Shown here in pieces: positions 8,653 to 18,597 of a stretch of DNA of 64,000 nt. Source of the DNA: Rhodospirillaceae bacterium. GTDB lineage: Bacteria; Pseudomonadota; Alphaproteobacteria; GCA-2731375. A program made the translations under genes and the position numbers. Within the stretch, counting starts at the first letter, position 1. Every line of letters starts with the position of its first letter. The notes under the pieces were generated by a model that made no database searches, was not told where the DNA came from, and saw nothing but the letters and a program-made list of their open reading frames with translations. The stretch is taken from NCBI GenBank assembly GCA_018701215.1, contig JABIWH010000060.1:41715-105714 (forward strand), given 5' to 3'.

Positions 8653-10368
8653 CTAACCCGGTGCGGACTGAGCCCCGCGCAAGAGTTGCCCGGGCAGTTC
8701 GCCCGTCGCTTCGCCATCACGCATGACTTCCACCCCGGAAACAAAGGTATGGCGGTAACCTTCCGCTTTTTGAATGATCCGCTTGCCGCCCGCCGGCAGG
8801 TCGTAGACCAGTTTGGGGCGCAGCAGGCGCAAGGCCTGGAAATCGATCAAATTCAGATCTGCCTTGTAACCACGCGCGATCACGCCACGGTCCATCAGGC
8901 CATAGGTCCGCGCCGTATCGCGGGTTTGCTTGCGGACCAGAAATTCCAGGGACAGCTTTTCGCCCCGCTTCCGGTCCCGGCCCCAATGGGTCAGCAACGA
9001 GGTCGGGGAAGAGGCATCGCAGATCAATCCCACATGGGCGCCCGCATCGGCCACGCCGCAGACCGTGTTGGGATCCTGCAGCATTTCCTTCACCACTTCG
9101 AGATCGCCGCCGCAGTAATTCTCGAACGGGTGCAGCAACAACGCCTGGCCATCGTCCCGCATCATCAACTCCAGCGCCAGATCGAATGGATCGCGGCCTT
9201 GGGCCCGGGCCCGCGCCGCGATGCTTTGTTCCGGCGCCGGCTCATAATCAACCGCCCCGTCCAGTTCAAATGTCCGGCGTAGCGCGGTTTCCATCATCCG
9301 TACGGTGTCATCGTCGGGCCGTTCCGTGACCAAGCGACGGCGTAGTTCGGCATCATCCCGCAGGCGGTTAAAACGTTCCCGCGGTGATAGGCCGGCCATC
9401 GCCAACCAAAGGGGATGGGAGGTGAAGGGGTGCATGGTGGCTTCCAGGCCCATGAGCACGCCAATCGCCCGGCTGCCCACCTGGGCCGTGACCGCCATGC
9501 CGTCGGCGCAGGCCGCGCCAACCTGATCCAGGGTTTCCCGCCACAGATCGGGCGCCTTGTCGACCTGCACCAGCAGCACGGACAAGGGCCGCCCCGCGAT
9601 CTCGGCCGCCGCGCGCAGGCGGGCGAAGTCGCCTTCGCCAAAGTCTGAATTGACTTCCAATACCCCGGCATTGGCCCGCTTCATGGCCTGGGCCAGGCCG
9701 GTCAGCTCAGCCTCTTCGGCGCCATAGCTGGAGACCAGGCGGCCATCGGCGGCGCGGTGTTTCACCGTGCGCGAGGTGGTGAAGCCCAGGGCGCCTGCCT
9801 TCAACGAGGCTTCCAGCAATTCGCCCATTCTGTCGATTTCCGTTTTCGTTGGCTGTTCGGCGAAATCCGCGCCGCGTGCACCCATGACATAATAGCGCAG
9901 GGCGGCATGGGGCACCTGGGCGCCAATATCCATGATCCGGGGGCTCGATGCCAAAACATCCAAATATTCGGCGAAGCTCTCCCAGCGAAAATCGATACCC
10001 TCGGCCAAAACTGTCTCGGGGATGTCTTCGACCCCCTCCATCAGATTGATCAGATAGGGCTCGGTACCCGGTTTGACCGGGGCAAAACCGACGCTGCAAT
10101 TGCCGAACACCGCCGTGGTCACCCCATGCCACGATGACGGCGTCAAATAAGGATCCCAGGTCGCCTGGCCGTCGTAATGGGTATGAATATCGACCCAGCC
10201 GGGGGTCAGCAGCAGATCTTCGCCATCGATTTCCCGGTTGCCCTGGCCAACGGTTGCGCCATTGGACACGGCTGAAATGACACCATCATCCACGGCCACG
10301 TCGGCCACCTTCCGCCCGGCGCCGGTGCCGTCAATCACCGTCGCGCCGCGAACCACAAGATCATGCAT
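8653..10368 (-). CDS. N-acyl-D-amino-acid deacylase (D-aminoacylase) family amidohydrolase
   Basis: 571 aa. N-terminus DLVVRGATVIDGTG......DVAVDDG.I..V........E.DG.DLLLTPGWVDIHTHYD...TWDP is typical of Amidohydro_3 D-aminoacylases. Confidence 0.75.
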   Translation of the reverse strand: MHDLVVRGATVIDGTGAGRKVADVAVDDGVISAVSNGATVGQGNREIDGEDLLLTPGWVDIHTHYDGQATWDPYLTPSSWHGVTTAVFGNCSVGFAPVKPGTEPYLINLMEGVEDIPETVLAEGIDFRWESFAEYLDVLASSPRIMDIGAQVPHAALRYYVMGARGADFAEQPTKTEIDRMGELLEASLKAGALGFTTSRTVKHRAADGRLVSSYGAEEAELTGLAQAMKRANAGVLEVNSDFGEGDFARLRAAAEIAGRPLSVLLVQVDKAPDLWRETLDQVGAACADGMAVTAQVGSRAIGVLMGLEATMHPFTSHPLWLAMAGLSPRERFNRLRDDAELRRRLVTERPDDDTVRMMETALRRTFELDGAVDYEPAPEQSIAARARAQGRDPFDLALELMMRDDGQALLLHPFENYCGGDLEVVKEMLQDPNTVCGVADAGAHVGLICDASSPTSLLTHWGRDRKRGEKLSLEFLVRKQTRDTARTYGLMDRGVIARGYKADLNLIDFQALRLLRPKLVYDLPAGGKRIIQKAEGYRHTFVSGVEVMRDGEATGELPGQLLRGAQSAPG

Positions 10369-10450
10369 ACCCTAACTCCCCAAAAGAACGCCGGCGATCA
10401 TAACACCAGCAGAATTTTCAACCCAAAGGCTTTTACCGTATCATTGTGTC

Positions 10451-11242
10451 ATGGCAGCCGAATACAAAATCGTGCGCGAGGCGGGGGCAAATAGTCCCTG
10501 GCTGGTCATGGTGCATGGCATGTCCCAGGACCATCGGGTTTTTTCCGCCCAGGTAGATGCCTTCAGGAAACATCATCCGATCCTGTTGATTGACCTGCCC
10601 GGCCATGGCCTGTCGTCGGATCAGCAGGGACCATTTGGGCATTGGGAAATGGCGGCGCATGTGGCGGCGGCCATGACGGCGGCGGGGAGCACGCCGTGTC
10701 ATTATTGGGCCACTCATACGGGGACTGCCCTGGGCCTGCTTCTGGCCAGCCGGGAACCGGACGATTTTATCTCGCTCATTCTTGAAGGCGCGGTGTTGCC
10801 GGGCCACGGCATGGCCAGCGTGGAGCGGGAATTGCAGCGGGCCCGCGATACGGCGCGCAACGATGGCATGGCGGCGGCCCGTCGGCAATGGTTCGCACAG
10901 GCGGCTTGGTTCGATGTCATGCGCCGCCATCCCGTAGTTTGCCGGGCGACGGAACACGAAGCCATTATTGCCGATTTCAGCGGTGCGCCCTGGCTATATC
11001 AAGGGCCCAGTGGGCAAGCCGTCGCACCTATTGATTGTGAAATCTCGGGCCTTGATCTACCGATGCTGTTCTACAATGGCGAACACGATTTGCCGGATTT
11101 CATTGCCGCTGCCGATCATCTGGAAAACCTGCGCCCAACGGCCCGGCGGTCCGTGATTGCCGAGGCGGGCGGCTTTCCTGCCTGGGAATTTCCCGCAACG
11201 GTCAATCGAGAGGTGGCGGCGTTCCTAACCGCGATAGCCTGA
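10451..11242 (+). CDS. alpha/beta-fold hydrolase
   Basis: 263 aa. HG motif (WLVMVHGMSQDH) and overall alpha/beta-hydrolase pattern. Confidence 0.7.
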   Translation: MAAEYKIVREAGANSPWLVMVHGMSQDHRVFSAQVDAFRKHHPILLIDLPGHGLSSDQQGPFGHWEMAAHVAAAMTAAGSTPCHYWATHTGTALGLLLASREPDDFISLILEGAVLPGHGMASVERELQRARDTARNDGMAAARRQWFAQAAWFDVMRRHPVVCRATEHEAIIADFSGAPWLYQGPSGQAVAPIDCEISGLDLPMLFYNGEHDLPDFIAAADHLENLRPTARRSVIAEAGGFPAWEFPATVNREVAAFLTAIA

Positions 11243-11248
11243 TTGGGC

Positions 11249-11686
11249 TCACAACAACATGTAGGTGGAGGTGACATGGGCGATTGGCTTGTCCGGGTCA
11301 CCGGCGGTCAGGTTGACCTCGCCATACATGATGGTGCGCCCTGGTTTGATGATGCGGGCTTCGGCCAACAAATCGACGTTGGCCGCGGGGCGCAGGAAAG
11401 AAGATGTCTGGTTGACCGTGGTAATAGGCCGGAATTCCCCTAAAACACCGGCGATGGCAAATATCATGGCGGTATCCGCCAGGGTCATGATGGCCTGACC
11501 GCAGATGGTTCCGCCTTGCCTGTTCAAACGGGGGGAGAACGGTACCCGCAGCACCGCGCCATCTTCGCCAATGCGCTCGAACGTGATCCCCATGTCCTGG
11601 ATCCAGGGTGCCAGATTACTCTGAAAAAATTCCTCGGCCGCTGCAATTGATAGTTCAGCCTGGCTCATACCTATATTTCTTTCCAT
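11249..11686 (-). CDS. PaaI/4HBT-family hotdog thioesterase
   Basis: ~145 aa hotdog-fold pattern (G...HGG.....D.A). Start taken at the internal ATG (MERNIGMSQ...). The upstream 20 codons of the longer ORF look non-coding. Confidence 0.6.
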   Translation of the reverse strand: MERNIGMSQAELSIAAAEEFFQSNLAPWIQDMGITFERIGEDGAVLRVPFSPRLNRQGGTICGQAIMTLADTAMIFAIAGVLGEFRPITTVNQTSSFLRPAANVDLLAEARIIKPGRTIMYGEVNLTAGDPDKPIAHVTSTYMLL

Positions 11687-11812
11687 GGTGAATAACTTGT
11701 GCCGAACGCGGCGCGGAATGGTCTCAATACAACTGAATATTAACAAAATCGAACTACTTTGCAGTTAATTCGCCATGATTATGACCGGTAAAGGCCGACA
11801 TTCGCGTGACAG

Positions 11813-14686
11813 ATGGTAGTCAGCATTTCAAAATGGGCCCGACGTTGCAGTAGCTATATGCTTGTGGCCGGCTTGACCGCCGCCATCGCAGGCATCCTCT
11901 CGGCATTAACGGACGCCCCGGCGTGGGCAGAAAAATCGCTAGAAAACGGCGGAAAAGAGCGTGCCGTTATCGTTGGCGTGCCGGCCTATTGGCCACCGCA
12001 ATATTCCCTCGACAAAAGTGGCCAGCCGACGGGTTTCGCCATTGATGTGATCGAGGGTATCGCCAGGCGGGCCGGCCTCAAGCTGGACTATCGCGTGTAC
12101 CCCAATTTCCGTGAAGTCGTTAAGGCTTGGGAGCGGCGCGAGATCGATATGATCCCGAACAGCGGCATTACCCCGGCCAGGGAAAAAGATTCTCTTTTCA
12201 CGGTGCCTATTGAAACATTCGTCGTGTCGACGTTTGTGCGCCGCGGCCTGTCCGATATTCCAAGCCCCGCCGAGCTTTCCGGCCGTCGCGTCTCGGTGGT
12301 TTCAAGCAATATCGGCCATTCGCTGCTGAAACGGCGCTCTGACGTCAATATGGTTGTTCATCCCGATGTGGAAAAAGCGCTGTTTGATTTGCTCTCGGGT
12401 GCCTCGGATGCTCTGGTGTTCCCTAAACCGGTCCTTTTGCAGGTCGCCCGATCGATTGGCGTCGAGGGCAAAATCAAGGCCTTGGAACCGCCACTCAAGG
12501 AATTGAAGCGGGCTATTCGGGTGCAAAAACGCGAAACCGTGCTGCACGGGATATTGAACAAGGCGGTCGTCAATTTCAGGAATACGCCGGAATATCTGGC
12601 GATCTACCGAAAATGGTACGGGGCGCCCGTGCCATTCTGGAACGTACCACGATTGCTGGCGATTGGCGGCGGCCTGATCCTGCTTGTGGCGCTTGCCATG
12701 GTCTGGTGGCGCTACCGCTCGATGGTTCAGCTTAATCTTCGGCTCCAGGAGAGCTTGGCCGAACGGGAGCGGGTGGAGGGGGATTTATCGCGGACCCAGG
12801 CCCAGTTGGTGGATGCCATCGAAGCTATTTCCGAAGGTTTCGTTTTGTACGACGCGAACGAGCGGTTGGTCATCTGCAATGACAAATACAAGCAAATGCA
12901 TCCGATCGCCGCGCCCAAAATGGTTCCTGGTGCCAGCTTCACCGAGATTATCCGCTCGGCAATCGAGCATGGTCAGCATCCCGCCGCGATCGGTCGGGAA
13001 GAGGACTGGATTAAGGAACGGCTAATTGAATTTCGCAACCCTGGCGAAACAACAGAGCACCAATTATTTGACGGCCGGTGGCTGCGCTATAGCGAGCACA
13101 GGACCAGGGATGGCGGCACCGTCGGCATTCGCTCCGATATTACGCGGCTGAAGGCAATCGAAGAGGCTTTGGGCGAAAGCGAGGCGCGGTTTCGGGATTT
13201 CGCGACTTCCGCCTCGGACTGGTTCTGGGAAATGGATGAGAAATTGCGCTTTTCCTATTTCTCAGAGCGTTTCGGCGAAGTTACCGGTGTTCTTGAAAGC
13301 AATTTGCTGGGCAAGACCCGCCAGGAAACCGGCATACCGAATGTAGATGAAGAGGCGTGGCGGCAACACCTGGCGGATCTGGATGCGCACCGCCCATTTC
13401 GTAATTTCGTCCATCCACGTACTATTGATAACGGCGAAGTTCTTTGGCTCTCGATCAGCGGCACGCCGGTTTTTGACAACAACGGTGTCTTCGCGGGTTA
13501 CCGCGGTACGGGCTTTGATGTCACTGAAAAACACCGCACGGAATATCTATTGCGCGAGAGCGAGCAGCGCTTCAAGGCTCTTATGGATCATGTGCCAGCA
13601 GCCTTGTTTCTGAAGGACCGCGAGGCCCGATACCTGCTGATCAACAAACAGTTCCAGGAATGGTTCGGGGTCGATCCAGACGATGTGGTTGGCAAGAATG
13701 CGTTTGATTTATACCCACCGGAACGGGCGGAACGGTATGCCGAGGGCGACCGGAAAATTCTTACCGATTGGCGGGTCACCATCGATGAAGTCGTGATCCC
13801 GACGACGGCAGGTGATGAGCGGAATTATACCCTGACCAAATTCCCGATTTTTGATGGCGGGGAACCAATGGGTTTTGGCGGCGTGATGATCGATATTACC
13901 GAACGCACCCGGTCGGAAGCCAATCTGCGGCAGAGCGAAAACCGGGCCGACATGGCCAATCGCGCGAAATCAGAGTTCCTTGCCAATATGAGCCATGAAT
14001 TACGCACGCCATTGAACGCCATCATCGGATTTTCAGAGATCATAAAGAGCGGCTTTCTGGGCAAGGATAGCGAAACCAAGACCCTCGAATATGCCAATGA
14101 CATCTATGTGTCCGGCCTCCATCTGCTTGACCTGATCAATGATATTCTCGACCTCTCGAAAATTGAACTCGGCTCTGAAGAACCGAATGATGTGAACGTC
14201 AATGTGCGCGAACTCGTGGATGCCGTTCTCGTTTTGATGAAGGAACGGGCAAGCACGGCCCGCGTCCATCTGCAGACCGATTTTCACGGCGATGTGCCGT
14301 TGTTGCGCGCCGACGAGCGCAAGTTGAAGCAGATTTTGATCAACCTGATCTCCAACAGCATCAAGTTCACCCATGCCGGCGGCCGGGTTGCTCTTGATGT
14401 TCGTTGTGATCCGAATGGTTCCTATATTTTCGAGGTCAGCGATACGGGCATTGGTATCGCGCCGGAAAATATCGACAAGGCTCTGCAACCGTTCGGGCAG
14501 ATCGATAGTGATCTGAACAGAAAATTCACCGGTACCGGTCTGGGTTTGCCTCTGGCCAGGGAATTGGCGGAAATGCACGGCGGCGCCTTGAGCCTGGAAA
14601 GCACACCTGATGTGGGCACCACGGTCACCGTGCGCTTCCCCGCCGACCGGACAGTCAATCCGTATCCGGACAGTGCCTGTATTTAG
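11813..14686 (+). CDS. sensor histidine kinase: periplasmic solute-binding (SBP_bac_3-like) domain, TM, three PAS/PAC modules, HisKA, HATPase_c; no receiver domain
   Basis: 957 aa. N-terminal signal/anchor then an amino-acid-binding-protein-like domain. TM LLAIGGGLILLVALAMVWW. H-box MSHELRTPLNAIIGFSEI. G-boxes DTGIGI and GTGLGL. No cognate response regulator gene adjacent. Confidence 0.85.
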   Translation: MVVSISKWARRCSSYMLVAGLTAAIAGILSALTDAPAWAEKSLENGGKERAVIVGVPAYWPPQYSLDKSGQPTGFAIDVIEGIARRAGLKLDYRVYPNFREVVKAWERREIDMIPNSGITPAREKDSLFTVPIETFVVSTFVRRGLSDIPSPAELSGRRVSVVSSNIGHSLLKRRSDVNMVVHPDVEKALFDLLSGASDALVFPKPVLLQVARSIGVEGKIKALEPPLKELKRAIRVQKRETVLHGILNKAVVNFRNTPEYLAIYRKWYGAPVPFWNVPRLLAIGGGLILLVALAMVWWRYRSMVQLNLRLQESLAERERVEGDLSRTQAQLVDAIEAISEGFVLYDANERLVICNDKYKQMHPIAAPKMVPGASFTEIIRSAIEHGQHPAAIGREEDWIKERLIEFRNPGETTEHQLFDGRWLRYSEHRTRDGGTVGIRSDITRLKAIEEALGESEARFRDFATSASDWFWEMDEKLRFSYFSERFGEVTGVLESNLLGKTRQETGIPNVDEEAWRQHLADLDAHRPFRNFVHPRTIDNGEVLWLSISGTPVFDNNGVFAGYRGTGFDVTEKHRTEYLLRESEQRFKALMDHVPAALFLKDREARYLLINKQFQEWFGVDPDDVVGKNAFDLYPPERAERYAEGDRKILTDWRVTIDEVVIPTTAGDERNYTLTKFPIFDGGEPMGFGGVMIDITERTRSEANLRQSENRADMANRAKSEFLANMSHELRTPLNAIIGFSEIIKSGFLGKDSETKTLEYANDIYVSGLHLLDLINDILDLSKIELGSEEPNDVNVNVRELVDAVLVLMKERASTARVHLQTDFHGDVPLLRADERKLKQILINLISNSIKFTHAGGRVALDVRCDPNGSYIFEVSDTGIGIAPENIDKALQPFGQIDSDLNRKFTGTGLGLPLARELAEMHGGALSLESTPDVGTTVTVRFPADRTVNPYPDSACI

Positions 14687-14726
14687 AATTTTCGTGGCTC
14701 CGGCCCGATAGCCCGGTCGTTCAGTA

Positions 14727-15518
14727 TTACCAGCTGTTGCGAAGTTCCCGCAGTTTCAGGAAGACCTCGCGTGGATCCGGCGCATCGGAGAGGTCGGGGA
14801 AACTTTCCCGCAACTGGGCAATGACGCTGGGGCTGCGCAAACGGAGAAAGGTATTGATCTCCTTCTCCAACGCCAGGGTCGAGACCAGGGCACTGTTGGG
14901 GTCCTGATCGCCGACGTCGTCCAGCAAGGACTTTGCCCGGGCATTGTCCGGTTCGCGGTCCAGGGTGAAAGCCAAATTGCCCGACATGTAGTCATGGCCG
15001 GGATAAATCAGGGTATTGTCGGGCAAATTGGACAGTACGTTGGCGAAGGTATCATAAAGCTCGTTCGGATGGCCGCCGTTGTGGCAATTGCCGGCGCCCG
15101 CATTGAACAGGGTATCGCCGCAGATCAGGGCCGGCTGCTCGGTCCGGGTCAACAGGCAGACGTGGCTCATGGTGTGGCCTGGGGTATCCAGGGCCTCGAT
15201 CTCGACCGAGCTGCCGATCTTGATCACGTCGCCCGCGTCCAGGCCACGGTCCATGCCGGGAATTTTGCCCTTGGCATTCTTATGGGCCAGTAACGTCGCA
15301 CCCGTGGCCGAAATGACCGCGTCATTGCCGCCGGTGTGGTCGCCATGCTCGTGGGTATTCAGGACCTGGCGAATATTCCAGCCCTTGGCCTTGGCCAGGC
15401 CGAGGCATTTTTCATGATCAAGCGGATCGACCGCCATGGCCTCGCCGGTATCGGGGCAGACGATCAGATAGTTGAAGTTGCGGTACGCATTCCCGGTCCA
15501 GATCTGTTCAACGATCAT
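14727..15518 (-). CDS. MBL-fold metallo-hydrolase, hydroxyacylglutathione hydrolase (GloB)-like
   Basis: 263 aa. THEHGDHTGGN (HxHxDH) metal motif plus a HAGH_C-like tail. Confidence 0.75.
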   Translation of the reverse strand: MIVEQIWTGNAYRNFNYLIVCPDTGEAMAVDPLDHEKCLGLAKAKGWNIRQVLNTHEHGDHTGGNDAVISATGATLLAHKNAKGKIPGMDRGLDAGDVIKIGSSVEIEALDTPGHTMSHVCLLTRTEQPALICGDTLFNAGAGNCHNGGHPNELYDTFANVLSNLPDNTLIYPGHDYMSGNLAFTLDREPDNARAKSLLDDVGDQDPNSALVSTLALEKEINTFLRLRSPSVIAQLRESFPDLSDAPDPREVFLKLRELRNSW

Positions 15519-15784
15519 GGCAGCCCTCTTTTCATTAGCTTTTCATTGCTTCGCGGCGATAAGTTTCGAGCATTCTAGCGCCCAATCTTAATCCAGGCAC
15601 ACTCCTATTGATAAACCGCCGGTTTGCCGCGTATCGAGATACGCCACAATAGGCGCTCGGTATCCGTACCATCCGGCGGATCTCCCCATTTGTCGTTGTT
15701 TGCCCGCGCACTTGCCCCCAACGCGGCAATGGCGATAGGTTTGCCAAGGCACCCTGGGTAACACGGTATATCGCACAGGGCGAT

Positions 15785-16807
15785 TTGGCAAAGATTGACA
15801 CGTTCGGAGGTCATCGCGTGAGTAATGAAATCCCCATCCTCGATCTGAGTGATTTTCTGGCCGAAAAGCCCGGTGCCCTGGAGGCGGTGGCGAAAGAGTT
15901 GCGGTTCGCCGCCGAGAACATCGGCTTTTTCTTTATTCGCGGCCATGGCGTGTCCCAGAATCTGATCAATGCCACGTTCGAAGCTTCGCGCCAGTTTCAT
16001 GCTTTGGGGGAAGAGGAGAAAATGGCCCTCAAGGCCAATACGCACAACATCGGCTATATGGGCAACGGCGCCTCGATCTCGCGGGCCAGTCAGGTTTACG
16101 ACGGCGAACGCAAAACCAACCTGGTGGCGGCGTTTTTTCTAAAACGTGAATTGCCCGCCGATCATCCAGATATCGTCAACAACAAGCGTTTTCGCGGCGC
16201 CAATCAATGGCCGGCCAACCTGGACGGCTTTCGCGAGACCGCCATCGCCTATATGGATGCGCTGGAGCGGCTGGGCAAAAGCATGCTGCCCATCTATGCC
16301 CGGGCCCTGGATCTGCCCGATGATTTTTTCGCCGAGGCTTTCTCCGAACCGCAATATACCCTGCGCCTGGCCCACTATCCGCCGGCCACGGCGGAGGACA
16401 ACCAGTTTGGTTTGGCGCCGCATACGGATTCTTCGTTTCTGACCCTGCTGGCGCAGAACAAGGTGGAGGGCCTGCAGGTCCGCCGCACCGACGGCACCTG
16501 GATCGACGCGCCGGCGGTGCCCGGCACCTTCGTGGTCAACAGCGGCGATATGCTGCGGCGTTGGAGCAATCACCGCTTTCTCTCGACGCCGCACCGGGCC
16601 GTGGCCTCGGCTCGGAACCGGGACCGCTACGCCATTCCATTCTTCTTTGATGCCCACGCCGATTTCGTGCAGGAATGCCTGCCCACCTGCACCGACGCCG
16701 GCAATCCGCCGCGGTACGAGCCGACCACCTATACGGATTACATGCTGTGGTTCGCCAAGCAGAACTATGCGCACTTCCGCGAAGATGGCGGCGAAGCGGC
16801 GGAATAG
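15785..16807 (+). CDS. 2OG-Fe(II) oxygenase, isopenicillin-N-synthase/EFE-like (DIOX_N + 2OG-FeII_Oxy)
   Basis: 340 aa. HTD...H...R facial triad (APHTDSSFLTLL ... STPHRAV) and a NQWP motif shared with IPNS-family oxygenases. Confidence 0.75.
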   Translation: MAKIDTFGGHRVSNEIPILDLSDFLAEKPGALEAVAKELRFAAENIGFFFIRGHGVSQNLINATFEASRQFHALGEEEKMALKANTHNIGYMGNGASISRASQVYDGERKTNLVAAFFLKRELPADHPDIVNNKRFRGANQWPANLDGFRETAIAYMDALERLGKSMLPIYARALDLPDDFFAEAFSEPQYTLRLAHYPPATAEDNQFGLAPHTDSSFLTLLAQNKVEGLQVRRTDGTWIDAPAVPGTFVVNSGDMLRRWSNHRFLSTPHRAVASARNRDRYAIPFFFDAHADFVQECLPTCTDAGNPPRYEPTTYTDYMLWFAKQNYAHFREDGGEAAE

Positions 16808-16810
16808 GTT

Positions 16811-17653
16811 TTAGACCGCCAGCACCCGGACGCCGGCCTTCAACAGTGTGATCGGCTCCGCCCATTCGCCGATCGGCAGGGTGTGGGAGATCAGGCCCGG
16901 ACCGGCCGGGGTCGCATCCGGCAACCACAGATGTACCGCGATGGCGGGCGGTTCATGGGAAATATTCAACAACCGCTCCGGCCCCATATCCAGGCCAAAG
17001 GGATAACAGGTGGTGGGGCCTGAAATGGCGATGCTGCCGCCGTATTCCGCCGTGATGGCGCGGTGTACATGCCCGGCCAGGATCCGTACCACCTGGCCAT
17101 GGCCGCGTAACAATTCGTCAAGCTCCCCGCCGCCACGCACCAGGCCCTTGGCGGAACTTCCCGTCATGCCGGAATAAAAGGGCGGGTGATGCAGTGCCAC
17201 GACGGTGGGACGGTCCGGCGCCTCGGACAAGCGCGCCTCCAGCCAGGCCAGCCGTTCCGGACACATCTCGCCCGGCGTCTCGCCGGCGACGACGGAGTCG
17301 CAGCAAATGATCCGCACCGGGTGGTCTTCGATCACATAATGCAGAAAGTCGCCGGTTGTTGGTAACGACGATGTACCGCCGAAGACTTGACGCAGCGCAT
17401 TGCGTTCATCGTGGTTGCCCGGAATGACCGCCAGCGGCACGTTCAGCGCGCCAACGATTTCCTTGAACGCCTGATAGCGCGGGACGCTGCCATGGGAGGC
17501 GATATCGCCGGTGTGCAACACCAGATCGGGGCCTGGATCCATGGCGTTGATGACGTCGACCGCCCTGGCGAGTGCCCGCGAGGTATCGAAATGGCCATAG
17601 ACGAGCGCCCCCGGCTCGTCGATATGGGTGTCGGAAATCTGCACTAAAATCAT
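16811..17653 (-). CDS. calcineurin-like metallophosphoesterase, class-III phosphodiesterase (CpdA/GpdQ-like)
   Basis: 280 aa with the full motif set: DTH, GDIASHG, GNHDE, LHHPP, GHVH. Start overlaps the upstream NMT1-like stop by 4 bp. Confidence 0.8.
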   Translation of the reverse strand: MILVQISDTHIDEPGALVYGHFDTSRALARAVDVINAMDPGPDLVLHTGDIASHGSVPRYQAFKEIVGALNVPLAVIPGNHDERNALRQVFGGTSSLPTTGDFLHYVIEDHPVRIICCDSVVAGETPGEMCPERLAWLEARLSEAPDRPTVVALHHPPFYSGMTGSSAKGLVRGGGELDELLRGHGQVVRILAGHVHRAITAEYGGSIAISGPTTCYPFGLDMGPERLLNISHEPPAIAVHLWLPDATPAGPGLISHTLPIGEWAEPITLLKAGVRVLAV

Positions 17654-18573
17654 AGCTGGAAATTCCTGTCTGGTTGGAAACGCAGGTCGGTGAATTCCTC
17701 GGCCAGGCGGGGCCGTGGGATACCGCCGAATTCATGCAGCATGTCCAGGGAGCATTGCAGTCCCGGCATGTCGATCTGACAGTCCAGTTGGTAGTGGGCT
17801 AACTCGCGCACCATTGCCCGGCGCGCCACCGCCGGGGTGGTGCCGTAAAGCCGCGCCACGAAGACCGCGAATGCGTCGATGTTTTGGGCCGCATGGTGGG
17901 CCGCCCGTTGGCAGCCGCGCAAAACGGCGGCGACCAATTCAGGCTCCTCGGCGATAAAGCCGGCGTGGGCCACGCGAACGATCCATTGATAGTTCGGCAG
18001 ATAGGCGTCTTCATAGGCGGCGGCCCAAATGTCCAGAACGCCCCGGTCCTCGCCAATGGACAGGTTAGGTTCCGTTGCCAGGCAGGCGTCTATACCGCCC
18101 TCTTCCATGATGTCGATAATGCGCGGATAGTCGTCCAGCAATGGCACCGAGGTGATATCCGCATCCGGGTCCAGGCCATGGTGGATCAGCATCCGGCGCG
18201 CGATCCACGAGGGGCAGCTGCCAATGCTCAACAGGCCAAGCCGCCTGCCGCGCAGTGCCTGATAGTTGCCGATACCGCCATCGATGTCTTTCCGAACGCC
18301 CAGATACATATGCGCCCGCTGCCGGCAGCCGCTGGCGATGATCTGAAAATTTCCGCCCGCCGCCATGGCGTTCAACCCGGATGGCGAGCCGATGCTGCCG
18401 ATGGCAAGATCGCCGGTGCTAAAGGCCTCGGCCAGCTCGGGCCCGCCGAATACGATGCGCACGCTCAGGTCCAAACCCTCGGCTTCGAAGATGCCCGCCT
18501 CGATCCCGAACCTGACCGTCAGGGCATCATTTCCTGACGGCACCCCGTATTCGAGCTTTCTCAATCCGGCCAT
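17650..18573 (-). CDS. NMT1/THI5-like (SsuA/TauA-type substrate-binding fold) protein, no signal peptide
   Basis: 307 aa with glycine-rich NMT1-type pattern. No N-terminal hydrophobic signal. GGAG RBS. Translationally coupled to the phosphodiesterase. Confidence 0.65.
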   Translation of the reverse strand: MAGLRKLEYGVPSGNDALTVRFGIEAGIFEAEGLDLSVRIVFGGPELAEAFSTGDLAIGSIGSPSGLNAMAAGGNFQIIASGCRQRAHMYLGVRKDIDGGIGNYQALRGRRLGLLSIGSCPSWIARRMLIHHGLDPDADITSVPLLDDYPRIIDIMEEGGIDACLATEPNLSIGEDRGVLDIWAAAYEDAYLPNYQWIVRVAHAGFIAEEPELVAAVLRGCQRAAHHAAQNIDAFAVFVARLYGTTPAVARRAMVRELAHYQLDCQIDMPGLQCSLDMLHEFGGIPRPRLAEEFTDLRFQPDRNFQL

Positions 18574-18597
18574 CGTGGGGCAACTCCCTTACAGAAT

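Noticed and set aside
14687-14726. Possible bidirectional terminator between the convergent histidine kinase and MBL hydrolase genes
   Set aside because: Only a 4-bp stem (CCGG...CCGG) and no U-tract, too weak to call.
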